Source: Planctomycetota bacterium (GTDB lineage: Bacteria > Planctomycetota > GCA-002687715 > CAIWVZ01). From it: a stretch of 64,000 bases of DNA. Below are positions 18,991 to 27,564 of this stretch, piece after piece (position 1 is the stretch's first letter; the number at the start of each line of letters is the position of its first letter). The notes below the pieces were generated by a model. That model worked only from the letters and a program-made list of their open reading frames with translations, searched no databases and was not told the origin of the DNA. The stretch lies in NCBI GenBank assembly GCA_044222185.1, contig JBGANV010000002.1, positions 704,001 through 768,000 on the forward strand. The letters are read 5' to 3'. The position numbers and the translations under genes are program-made.

Positions 18991-21513
18991 ATGCAATACG
19001 CGAAAGTTGAAAGAACGATCGCGGGCCGCACTCTGTCCTTCGAGACAGGGCGCATCGCCCGCCAGGCCGCAGGCTCGGTGTTCGCCAAGATGGGCGACAC
19101 GTGCGTGCTGTCGGCCGTCACGACGTCATCGCCCCGCGAGGGCATCGACTTCTTCCCGCTGACGGTCGAGTACCGGGAGAAGGTCTACGCTGCCGGCAAG
19201 TTCCCGGGCGGCTTCATCAAGCGCGAGGGTCGTCCGACCAACAAGGAGATCCTCACCTGCCGCCTGATCGATCGCCCGATCCGGCCGCTCTTCCCCGAGG
19301 AGTTCAAGAACGAGCTCCAGATCTTCGCGACCGTCATGTCGGTCGACAAAGAGAACGAGCCGGACGTCATCGCGATGAACGCGTCGTTCATGGCGCTCTG
19401 GCTGACCCAGACGCCGTTCCGCGGCCCCATCGGCGCCGTGCGCGTCTGCCGCATCGAGGGCAAGTTCGTCGCGTTCCCCACGCCGGAGCAGGTCAACCTC
19501 TCCGACATGGAGGTCGTGGTGGCTGCCTCGCGTGACGCGATCCTGATGGTCGAAGCCGGTGCGACGGAAGCGAGCGAGGCCGACGTCCTCGCGGCGCTCG
19601 AATTCGGCCAGCACGCCATCGACGAGATCATCGCGTTGATGGAGGACCTCCGCGAGCAGGCTCAGCCCGAGCCGTGTGATTGGAGCCCGCCCGAGGCGGA
19701 CATCCCGGACGTCTACGAGCGCGCCAAGCGCAACTACAAGAGCCTCCTGCGCCAGGCCTACATGACGCAGGGCAAGCACGCACGCGCCGAAGCCGTCGAG
19801 GACGTGAAGAAGGCGGCCATCGCTGCACTCGTCCCGGCCGACAGCGACGAGCGCGCGGATCTCACCAAGTGGGTGAAGAAGGCGCTCACGGACCTCGAGT
19901 ACGAGCTGGTTCGCCAGATGATCCTCGAGGGCAAGCGAGTCGACGGGCGTGGTCAGCGCGACATCCGCCCGATCACGATCGAGGCCGGCGTCCTTCCGCG
20001 CACGCACGGCTCAGCCATGTTCACCCGTGGCGAGACCCAGGCGATCGTGGTGACGACGCTCGGCACGACGCGCGATCAGCAGATCGTCGACGGCCTCATC
20101 GAGGAGTACTCGAAGAAGTTCGACCTCCAGTACAACTTCCCGCCGTTCTCGACGGGCGAAGTGAAGCCGATCCGGGGAACGAGCCGTCGCGAGATCGGCC
20201 ACGGCAACCTGGCCGAGCGCGCGCTCATCCCTGTCATCCCGGCCGACACCGAATTCCCCTACACGCTGCGCGTCGTCAGCGAAGTCACGGAGAGCAACGG
20301 GTCGTCGTCGATGGCGACCGTCTGCGGCGCGACGCTCTCGCTGATGGATGCGGGCTGCCCGATCCGTCAACCGGTCGCCGGCATCGCCATGGGTCTGATC
20401 AAGGAAGGCGAGCAGGTCGCCATCCTCTCGGACATCCTCGGTACCGAAGACCACCTCGGTGACATGGACTTCAAGGTCGCCGGCACGGGCCGTGGCATCA
20501 CGGCCGTGCAGATGGACATCAAGATCGGCGGCATCACGAAGGACGTGATGCGCCGCGCGCTCGAGCAGGCCCGCGAAGGCCGGCTGCACATCCTGCGCAA
20601 GATGCTCGAGGCCATGCCGCGTCCACGGCGCGAGATCAGCCAGTACGCTCCGCGCCTCCTCGTCGTGAAGATCGCGCCCGACAAGATCGGTCTGCTGATC
20701 GGACCGGGCGGCAAGATGATCAAGAAGATCCAGGAGGAGACCGGCGCGGTCATCGAGATCAACGACGACGGCACGGTCAACATCGCCAGCTACGACCCGG
20801 CAGGTGCCGAGGCTGCACGCCAGCAGATCCAACTGCTGACGGCCGAGGTCGAAGTCGGCAAGGTGTACGACGGCCGCGTCGTGTCGATCAAGGACTTCGG
20901 CGCGTTCATCGAAGTGCTGCCCGGGCAGGAAGGCCTCTGCCACGTCTCCGAGCTCTCCGACAGCTTCGTCAACGCCGTGACCGACGTGGTGAAGGTCGGC
21001 GACATGGTCAAGGTGAAGGTCCTCCTTCGCGACGACCAGGGCCGGCTCAAGCTGTCGATCAAGGCCGTCGCGGGCGGCGACGGCGGTGGGCCCGGCGGGC
21101 CCTCGGGCGGTGGACGTCCCGACCGAGGCGACCGCGGTCCGCGCGAGGATCGCGGGTTCCGTGGTGATCGCGGCGACCGTGGCCCCCGTGAGGGCCGGCC
21201 TCCGCGCGAAGATCGCGGCCCCCGCGACGATCGTGGCGATCGGCCCCCGCGCGATGCGCGAGGCCCGCGTGAGGATCGCGGCGAGCGGCCGGCTCCGCCG
21301 CGCGAGGATCGGCCGCCGCGGGAGGATCGAGCTCCCCGCGAGGACCGGCCGCCGCGCGAAGACCGCGGCGAGTCCCGTGGCTTCAGTCGCGGCCCGCGCC
21401 GCGACCGCGGCGACGGCCCGCGCCCGCCGCGCGAAGGCGACGCTCCCGGCGGTCGGGATGCTGACGCTCCTCCGCCGCGCCGCGTCGATGACGACGTCGA
21501 TCTGATGTTCTGA
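18991..21513 (+). CDS. pnp: Polyribonucleotide nucleotidyltransferase with long low-complexity C-terminal tail
   Basis: DFFPLTVEYRE, FTRGETQ, RREIGHG, ESNGSSSMA, DHLGDMDFKVAG; KH (IGPGGK) and S1 (FGAFIEVLPGQEGLCHVSEL) domains. Confidence 0.98.
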   Translation: MQYAKVERTIAGRTLSFETGRIARQAAGSVFAKMGDTCVLSAVTTSSPREGIDFFPLTVEYREKVYAAGKFPGGFIKREGRPTNKEILTCRLIDRPIRPLFPEEFKNELQIFATVMSVDKENEPDVIAMNASFMALWLTQTPFRGPIGAVRVCRIEGKFVAFPTPEQVNLSDMEVVVAASRDAILMVEAGATEASEADVLAALEFGQHAIDEIIALMEDLREQAQPEPCDWSPPEADIPDVYERAKRNYKSLLRQAYMTQGKHARAEAVEDVKKAAIAALVPADSDERADLTKWVKKALTDLEYELVRQMILEGKRVDGRGQRDIRPITIEAGVLPRTHGSAMFTRGETQAIVVTTLGTTRDQQIVDGLIEEYSKKFDLQYNFPPFSTGEVKPIRGTSRREIGHGNLAERALIPVIPADTEFPYTLRVVSEVTESNGSSSMATVCGATLSLMDAGCPIRQPVAGIAMGLIKEGEQVAILSDILGTEDHLGDMDFKVAGTGRGITAVQMDIKIGGITKDVMRRALEQAREGRLHILRKMLEAMPRPRREISQYAPRLLVVKIAPDKIGLLIGPGGKMIKKIQEETGAVIEINDDGTVNIASYDPAGAEAARQQIQLLTAEVEVGKVYDGRVVSIKDFGAFIEVLPGQEGLCHVSELSDSFVNAVTDVVKVGDMVKVKVLLRDDQGRLKLSIKAVAGGDGGGPGGPSGGGRPDRGDRGPREDRGFRGDRGDRGPREGRPPREDRGPRDDRGDRPPRDARGPREDRGERPAPPREDRPPREDRAPREDRPPREDRGESRGFSRGPRRDRGDGPRPPREGDAPGGRDADAPPPRRVDDDVDLMF
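21073..21510 (+). repeat. Coding low-complexity repeat (R-E-D-R-x-P / R-G-D-R units) in the PNPase tail
   Basis: Degenerate 6-aa units such as PPREDR PPREDR APREDR PPREDR. Confidence 0.85.
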
Positions 21514-21526
21514 TCGGACCGCCGCC

Positions 21527-21551
21527 GCGCGCGACGACCTCCGTCGCGCGC
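21527..21551. terminator. GC-rich hairpin between convergent pnp and hybrid kinase genes
   Basis: GCGCGCGACG-ACCTC-CGTCGCGCGC; no U-tract. Confidence 0.35.
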
Positions 21552-21579
21552 CGGCCGCCGCGCGGAATTCCGCCGGCCC

Positions 21580-24171
21580 TCACGGTGCGCCGTCGAGGAC
21601 GTCGCGCACCTTGCGCGCGAGGCCCGACGGCGTGAACGGCTTCGGAAGGAATGCCTCCGTGGCCGTTTCGACCCCGCGCCGCACGATCGCGTCGTCCATG
21701 TAGCCGCTCATGTAGAGCACCTTGATCGACGGGCGTGTCTCCAAGATGGCATCGGCGAGCGCGCGCCCCCCGATTTGCGGCATGACCACGTCGGTCACCA
21801 GGAGATCGATGGGATGCGGGTGTGTCCGCGCGATGCGCACGGCGTCGGGCGCTGATGCGGCCTCCAGCACCACGTAGCCGCGCGAAGCGAGAGCCGAACA
21901 CGTCAAGCGGCGGACGCCATCTTCATCCTCCACTACGAGCACGGTCTCCGATCCCTGCGGCATCGTGCGCACGGTCGTTGCCGCCGGAGCGCCCAGGGCA
22001 TCCTGGACCGTCGGGAGGAAGACCGAGAATGCCGTCCCGCGCCCCGGAGCGCTCTGGACGGTGATGTTCCCGCCGGCTTGCCGCACGATCCCGTAGACGG
22101 TGGCGAGCCCGAGCCCCGTTCCCTTGCCGACGGCCTTCGTCGTGAAGAACGGCTCGAAGACGCGGTTTCTCACGGCTTCGCTCATTCCGGCCCCGGTGTC
22201 CGCGACCATGAGGCGGACGTAGGCTCCGGGCTTCAGGTCTCCGAACTCCGAGTCGCCGGGCGCGATCGCGACTTGGGTCGTTTCCATCGTCAGGCGCCCA
22301 CCGTCGGGCATGGCGTCGCGGGCGTTCAGGGCCAGGTTCATGATGACGCGTTCGAGTTGTCCCGGGTCGATGCGGACGGCCGCGCGACTCGGAGACAGGT
22401 TCGTGACGAGGTTCACGTCCTCTTCGATGAGTCGACGGAGCATGCGACTCGTGGACGAGATCGCCTCGTTCAGGTCGACCACCTTGGGCTCGACGATGGA
22501 CTTGCGGCTGAACGCGAGGAGCTGTCCCGTCAGCCCGGCGGCGCGCTCGCCGGCCGTGAGGATGGCGACCAGCGCCTCGTGTCGAGGATCCTGCACGGGC
22601 ACGTCGTGAAGGAGGAGATGTGCGTTTCCGTTGATGATCGTGAGGAGGTTGTTGAAGTCGTGAGCGACGCCGCTGGCCAGTTGCCCGATCGCTTCCAGCT
22701 TCTGCGAGTGCTGGAGCCGCTCCTTGCTCCGAAGCAGCTCGTTCAGGACCTCGTCACGCTCGATGGCGAGCCCGGCGAGCTTCGCCGCGTCGCCCAGGAT
22801 CCGGAGTGACCCCACGACGGGATCTCCCGGCGTGGCGCGGTAGAGGGCGAACGTCCCGAGGACGCGGTCGTCGCGAGCGGTGTCGGCGCGATCAGTGCCC
22901 CAGCTCTCGTCGTGCCGAGGATCGGTCGATGCCCATCGGGGTGTGGGCGAGCCGTCGATGGGGTCGGGTTCCGACGGTTGGCGCGGCGCCGTCGAGCCGG
23001 CGGCGAAGATCGGGATCGAGAGGCAAGAGCGCAGATGATGCTGCATCGCGATGCCGCGGTAGTCGTCCCACAACGGATCGGCGGCGATGTCCGTGACGAC
23101 GACGACCTCGCGCCGGAACGCAGCCGTTCCGCAGGACCCCGAGCGTGCACCGATGGGAACCCCGTCGACGGCTGCGTTGTAGGAACTCGGGAGCGACGCG
23201 CCTGCGCCGAACCGCAGGGTGTCGTTGTCCCGATCACGGATCAGGATCGAGCACAGTGCGCCTGGAAGCTGGCGTTCGACGAGGCGCACCACTTCCTCGA
23301 GCACGCTGTGCAGGTCGGCGCCAGAAGCGATCCGAGCGAGAACGTCGTTCTGGCCGACGAGGACGTGCCGCGCCCGGACGATCTCCGTGATGTCCGTGTG
23401 GGACACGACTACGCTCGAGCCGCATTCGCCCAGCGGTGTCACCGCCAAGGCGAACCAGAGCGTGCCCTGCTCGGATTCCAACGGGTATTCGAGGGTGAAC
23501 GACGGCCGCCGGCTCCGCAACACGTCCGAGATGCCCTCGAGGGCGGCCGACCATGGCGTCGACCCGGCGTGGGCACGACGCCGACAGATCTCCAGGTAGT
23601 TGTCCCCGAGAGAACCGTTCGACGGGACTCCATTCACGCTGGCCGAGCGCTCCCACGCCTTGTTGGCCGCCGTGATGACACCGTCGCGGTCGACGACCGC
23701 CACTTGCGCCGCCATGGAGTCGAGGACGTCGCGCTCGAACTCCTCCTTGGCGGTCAGTGCCGCCTCGGCGCGCGCACGGTCCGAGATATCGCGCGAGACG
23801 CCGAGTATGCCGATGGTCCTTCCGGTGTCGTCACAGATCCGACGAACGCGCGCATCGATCCAGACGCGGCTGCCGTCCTTTCGAAAGTCCAAGTAAGGAC
23901 CCTCGAATTCGGCCCCTCGTCCACGGCTCGCCATCTGTTCCTCGATCCACGCGCGCTCGCTCTGCGGAAACCGATCGGCATACTTTCGGCCGATCATCTC
24001 GTCTGCCGTCCAGCCGAAGAGCCGCGCGGCGCCATCGTTCCAATACGTGACGATGCCGTCCGTGTCCGTCACGATGACCGCGTCCCACAGATGGGCGAGG
24101 ATGACGGGATCCGGAATGGAGTGCGATTCTCGTCGTCGCCCGCGCTCCGTGCCTCGATGTTGCTGTGCCAT
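21580..24171 (-). CDS. Hybrid sensor histidine kinase (PAS-PAS-GAF-HisKA-HATPase-REC)
   Basis: [20 protein letters not shown] (GAF), [48 protein letters not shown] / TDVVMP / LPKPF. Start moved to MAQQH. Confidence 0.93.
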   Translation of the reverse strand: MAQQHRGTERGRRRESHSIPDPVILAHLWDAVIVTDTDGIVTYWNDGAARLFGWTADEMIGRKYADRFPQSERAWIEEQMASRGRGAEFEGPYLDFRKDGSRVWIDARVRRICDDTGRTIGILGVSRDISDRARAEAALTAKEEFERDVLDSMAAQVAVVDRDGVITAANKAWERSASVNGVPSNGSLGDNYLEICRRRAHAGSTPWSAALEGISDVLRSRRPSFTLEYPLESEQGTLWFALAVTPLGECGSSVVVSHTDITEIVRARHVLVGQNDVLARIASGADLHSVLEEVVRLVERQLPGALCSILIRDRDNDTLRFGAGASLPSSYNAAVDGVPIGARSGSCGTAAFRREVVVVTDIAADPLWDDYRGIAMQHHLRSCLSIPIFAAGSTAPRQPSEPDPIDGSPTPRWASTDPRHDESWGTDRADTARDDRVLGTFALYRATPGDPVVGSLRILGDAAKLAGLAIERDEVLNELLRSKERLQHSQKLEAIGQLASGVAHDFNNLLTIINGNAHLLLHDVPVQDPRHEALVAILTAGERAAGLTGQLLAFSRKSIVEPKVVDLNEAISSTSRMLRRLIEEDVNLVTNLSPSRAAVRIDPGQLERVIMNLALNARDAMPDGGRLTMETTQVAIAPGDSEFGDLKPGAYVRLMVADTGAGMSEAVRNRVFEPFFTTKAVGKGTGLGLATVYGIVRQAGGNITVQSAPGRGTAFSVFLPTVQDALGAPAATTVRTMPQGSETVLVVEDEDGVRRLTCSALASRGYVVLEAASAPDAVRIARTHPHPIDLLVTDVVMPQIGGRALADAILETRPSIKVLYMSGYMDDAIVRRGVETATEAFLPKPFTPSGLARKVRDVLDGAP

Positions 24172-24643
24172 CCCGAACTCCGATGAAATCGGATGCGGCA
24201 GTGGCTCACCCTGACACCACCGTCGCCCTCTGGAGCACCATCGCGCTGCCGCGCCCATCACGGCAGCGACCACCTGTCAGATCATCGACCGGATCGACCG
24301 CCAAGGGCGCCATCAAGACGACGCGGCGTCGATCGCGAAACCCGGCGCGGTCCCGTTCCTCGCGGGTACCCTACCAGCCTCTTATTAGCGACTGCCGGAA
24401 CAATCTAGTTGCGCCCGAGGGCGCAGATGCGCACTTCGCCGAGGTCGGTAGTGCTGCCACCCTCAGCACAGACCCTCGAGAAATGCGCTGGCGCCGCACT
24501 GGCTTCGCTCATCGACGCGCTCACGGCGGCGCGTCCGCTCCCCTCGGTTGCAGCGAGCCACGGTGTCGCAGGCACTTGGCGCGATGAAGGGCGAGAAATC
24601 GGAGATTCCCCAAAATCCCTCTCGCGCTTTGCGGATGCGTCCC

Positions 24644-24649
24644 TATACT
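24644..24649 (+). promoter_or_regulatory. Putative -10 box (TATACT) of the cold-shock gene
   Basis: Near-consensus hexamer ~160 nt upstream of the ATG, consistent with the long 5' UTRs of csp genes. Confidence 0.4.
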
Positions 24650-24809
24650 GTCGACCCGGTGGCGACGGATGTGCGTCGAGAAACCAGCACAACAGCCTCC
24701 CGGCGGCTTGGAGTACTAAGTCGATGGCGCGCAGCGGTAAGCAGCGACTGCGGGTCATCGCGAGACGACTCTGGACGGGAGCGAGGCGACTGAGGGTCCA
24801 GGGACTGCC

Positions 24810-25037
24810 ATGCCGACCGGCCGCGTGAAATGGTTTGACAACCGAAAAGGCTACGGCTTCATCGAGCAGGACACGGGCGAAGACGTCTTCGTTCACTACT
24901 CGTCCATCAAGACCGACGGATTCCGCACGCTGAATGACGGCGAGATGGTCCGATTCGAGGTCATCCAAGGCCCGAAGGGTCTCCTGGCGCGCAACGTCGC
25001 GCGGCTCGAGGGTGGCGAGGCGCAAGCGCAGCAGTAG
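24810..25037 (+). CDS. Cold-shock domain protein (CspA family)
   Basis: [37 protein letters not shown]. Confidence 0.97.
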   Translation: MPTGRVKWFDNRKGYGFIEQDTGEDVFVHYSSIKTDGFRTLNDGEMVRFEVIQGPKGLLARNVARLEGGEAQAQQ

Positions 25038-25173
25038 CGCCGCCGTAGCGGGTTGACGCGCTCCCAGTGGGACGACCGTTCCACGTGCGGGCGGATTCCT
25101 TGGTGGGGTGCCGCCCCAGCCTTAGATTGCCCCGCTTTCCATTCGAACCCGCCATCGCACCGGGGAGTCCCTC

Positions 25174-27531
25174 ATGCCCTCCAACAAGGCGCGCCCGTCG
25201 CCGACCGTCGCTGAACTCCGCCCCGCGTTTCCGCACTGGGAGAAGATCAAGGATGTGATCGACCAGTGCCTCGACCTGACCCTGAACCACAGACAGAGCG
25301 GGCATCCCGGAGGGTCGCGCAGCAAGGTCCACGCGCTCGTGACGACGCTGCTGTCGGGAGCCATGCGCTGGGACATCCGGGAACCGGGCAAACGGTTTGC
25401 GGACCGCTTCGTGCTCGTCGCCGGGCACGTCAATCCGCTCGTGTACGCCACGTTGGCGGTGCTCAATGACGCCATGGCGATCCGCCATCAGCGAACGGGC
25501 GACAAACGCTTCCTGGTGAACCGCTTCGAGGAGTTCGCACTCCTTCCGAAGCACCTCCTCGACCTGCGCCGCAACGGCGGATTGCCGGGGCACGCCGAGA
25601 TGGAAGGGCGGACGCTCTTCTTCAAGTTCAACACCGGCCCGTCTGGGCACGGTTCGCCCGCCGCGGCCGGTGAGGCGGCGGCGTTGAAGCTGGCCGGTTG
25701 TCCCGAGGTGAAGGTGTTCGCGTTCGAAGGCGAGGGCGGCCACACGACGGGCGCCACGCACGAGACGAAGAACTCCGCCTGGGGGCTGGGCCTCGAGAAC
25801 CTCGTCTACGTGCTCGACTGGAACGACTGGGGCATCGACCCCAATCCGTGCTCGTCGGTCGTCCCCGGTACGCCGGACGTCTGGTTCAAGTCCTACGGCT
25901 GGAAGGTCGCGGGCGCGGAGCAGGGGAGCGAGTGGGAAAGCGTGGCGACGGCATTCCATGACGCCTTGTTCACGCCCAATCCCGAGAAGCTCCCCCAATG
26001 CGTGTGGGTGAAGACCATCAAGGGACGGGGTTACGGCGTCACGGGATACAAGTCGCACGGCAAGTCGCACGACCGCAATTCCGACGCTTTCTGGGCCACG
26101 AAGAAGGAGTTCGCGGACAAGTACGGCGTCACGTTCGACTCGTTCGGAAAGCCCGATCCGAAGGACGCAGCGGAGGCGCGGCGCCAGACGGCGGCCAATC
26201 TCGAGGTCGCTCTGTCGGTGATCCGCAACGACGAAGCGTGCCTGAATTACCTGACCGACCGGCTGGTCGAACTCGGCGACTCGGTGCCGCAGGAGATCGC
26301 CACCTGCCGCGTGACGGGGACGAAGGACCCGTCCACGGACCCCGTGATCACCGACTACCGCAACTACCCCGCGTCGCTGTTCGCGAAACCTGGTGAGAAG
26401 GCAGCGAACGGAAAAGGCTTCGCCACGTTCGGCGCGTGGCTCAACGCCCACGGCCGGCAGCATTACGGCCGCCCGCTCGTCATCGCCTGCTCCGCCGATC
26501 TCGCCGAGTCGACGAACATCGCGGGGTTTTCCAAGGACTTCGAGGGTGTGAAGGGCTTCGGCTGGTACGACCGCAACAAGAACGTCGAGGGATCACTCCT
26601 CCCTCAACAGATCACCGAGTTCACGAACGCGGGGATCATGGTCGGGCTCGCCACGGTCAACTTCTCCAACACCCCCTACGAGAACTACTGCGGGTTCTGG
26701 GGCGCGTGCTCCACGTACGGGTCGTTCTCGTACCTGAAGTACGGCCCCATGCGGCTCTTCTCCCAGCTCGCGCAGGACAGCGATCTGAAGGTCGGGAAGG
26801 TGATCTGGGTCGCGGGACACTCGGGGCCCGAGACGGCGGAGGACAGCCGCACGCACTTCGGGATCTTCGCGCCCGGAGTGACGCAGCTGTTCCCCGACGG
26901 GCACGTCATCAACATCTACCCCTACGAGCACAACGAGGTCGCCCCGCTGCTCGGCGCGGCCATCGCCAGTGGCGCGCCCATCATCGCGCTGCATCTCACG
27001 CGGCCGCCGATCAACATCCCCGATCGGGCGAAGCTGGGCATGCCGTCGCATCTCGAGGCCGCGCGCGGCGCCTACGTCATGCGCGACTACCGCAAGGATC
27101 AGCCACGGGGCGGGTGCCTCTTCGTACAGGGAACGTCCACCACGTCCGAGCTGGTGAAGTTGATCGAGCAAGGCACGCTCGATCAGGAGAAGCTGAACGT
27201 GAAGATCGTGGCGACGCCCAGCTACGACCTCTTCCGTCGTCAATCCGAGGAGTATCGACGCAGCGTCGTCTCCGAACAGGACATGGCGGATTCGACCGTG
27301 CTCTCGAACTGCGGTCGCCGGCTCATGTACGACTGGATCGCGAACGCCGCGGCCGCCGAGTACGCCATGACTCCCGACTGGGACGATCGCTGGCGCACGG
27401 GCGGCTCGGTCGACGAGATCATCGACGAGTCGCACCTGAATGCGAAGTGGATCCTCGCAGGACTGAAGCGGTTCGTCGGCGATCGGCAGAAGCGCCTCGA
27501 TCGCCTGCGCGCGGCGATTCCGGCGTCGTAG
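25174..27531 (+). CDS. Transketolase-family TPP enzyme (divergent)
   Basis: SGHPGGS, DRFVLVAGH, GLPGHAE, NTGPSGHG, GEGG...DWND, KTIKGRG, SADLAES, ITEF, EDSRTH. Confidence 0.85.
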   Translation: MPSNKARPSPTVAELRPAFPHWEKIKDVIDQCLDLTLNHRQSGHPGGSRSKVHALVTTLLSGAMRWDIREPGKRFADRFVLVAGHVNPLVYATLAVLNDAMAIRHQRTGDKRFLVNRFEEFALLPKHLLDLRRNGGLPGHAEMEGRTLFFKFNTGPSGHGSPAAAGEAAALKLAGCPEVKVFAFEGEGGHTTGATHETKNSAWGLGLENLVYVLDWNDWGIDPNPCSSVVPGTPDVWFKSYGWKVAGAEQGSEWESVATAFHDALFTPNPEKLPQCVWVKTIKGRGYGVTGYKSHGKSHDRNSDAFWATKKEFADKYGVTFDSFGKPDPKDAAEARRQTAANLEVALSVIRNDEACLNYLTDRLVELGDSVPQEIATCRVTGTKDPSTDPVITDYRNYPASLFAKPGEKAANGKGFATFGAWLNAHGRQHYGRPLVIACSADLAESTNIAGFSKDFEGVKGFGWYDRNKNVEGSLLPQQITEFTNAGIMVGLATVNFSNTPYENYCGFWGACSTYGSFSYLKYGPMRLFSQLAQDSDLKVGKVIWVAGHSGPETAEDSRTHFGIFAPGVTQLFPDGHVINIYPYEHNEVAPLLGAAIASGAPIIALHLTRPPINIPDRAKLGMPSHLEAARGAYVMRDYRKDQPRGGCLFVQGTSTTSELVKLIEQGTLDQEKLNVKIVATPSYDLFRRQSEEYRRSVVSEQDMADSTVLSNCGRRLMYDWIANAAAAEYAMTPDWDDRWRTGGSVDEIIDESHLNAKWILAGLKRFVGDRQKRLDRLRAAIPAS

Positions 27532-27564
27532 TGAGGCGGCGCGCGGAGCGGGGCGCTCTGCGCG

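Noticed and set aside
21100-21480. Short DNA repeats as a possible CRISPR array or VNTR
   Set aside because: Degenerate in-frame repeats of the PNPase tail; no constant repeat with unique spacers and no cas genes.
24405-25025. Minus-strand 206-aa ORF over the cold-shock gene
   Set aside because: Typical antisense ORF of csp genes with no independent coding signal.
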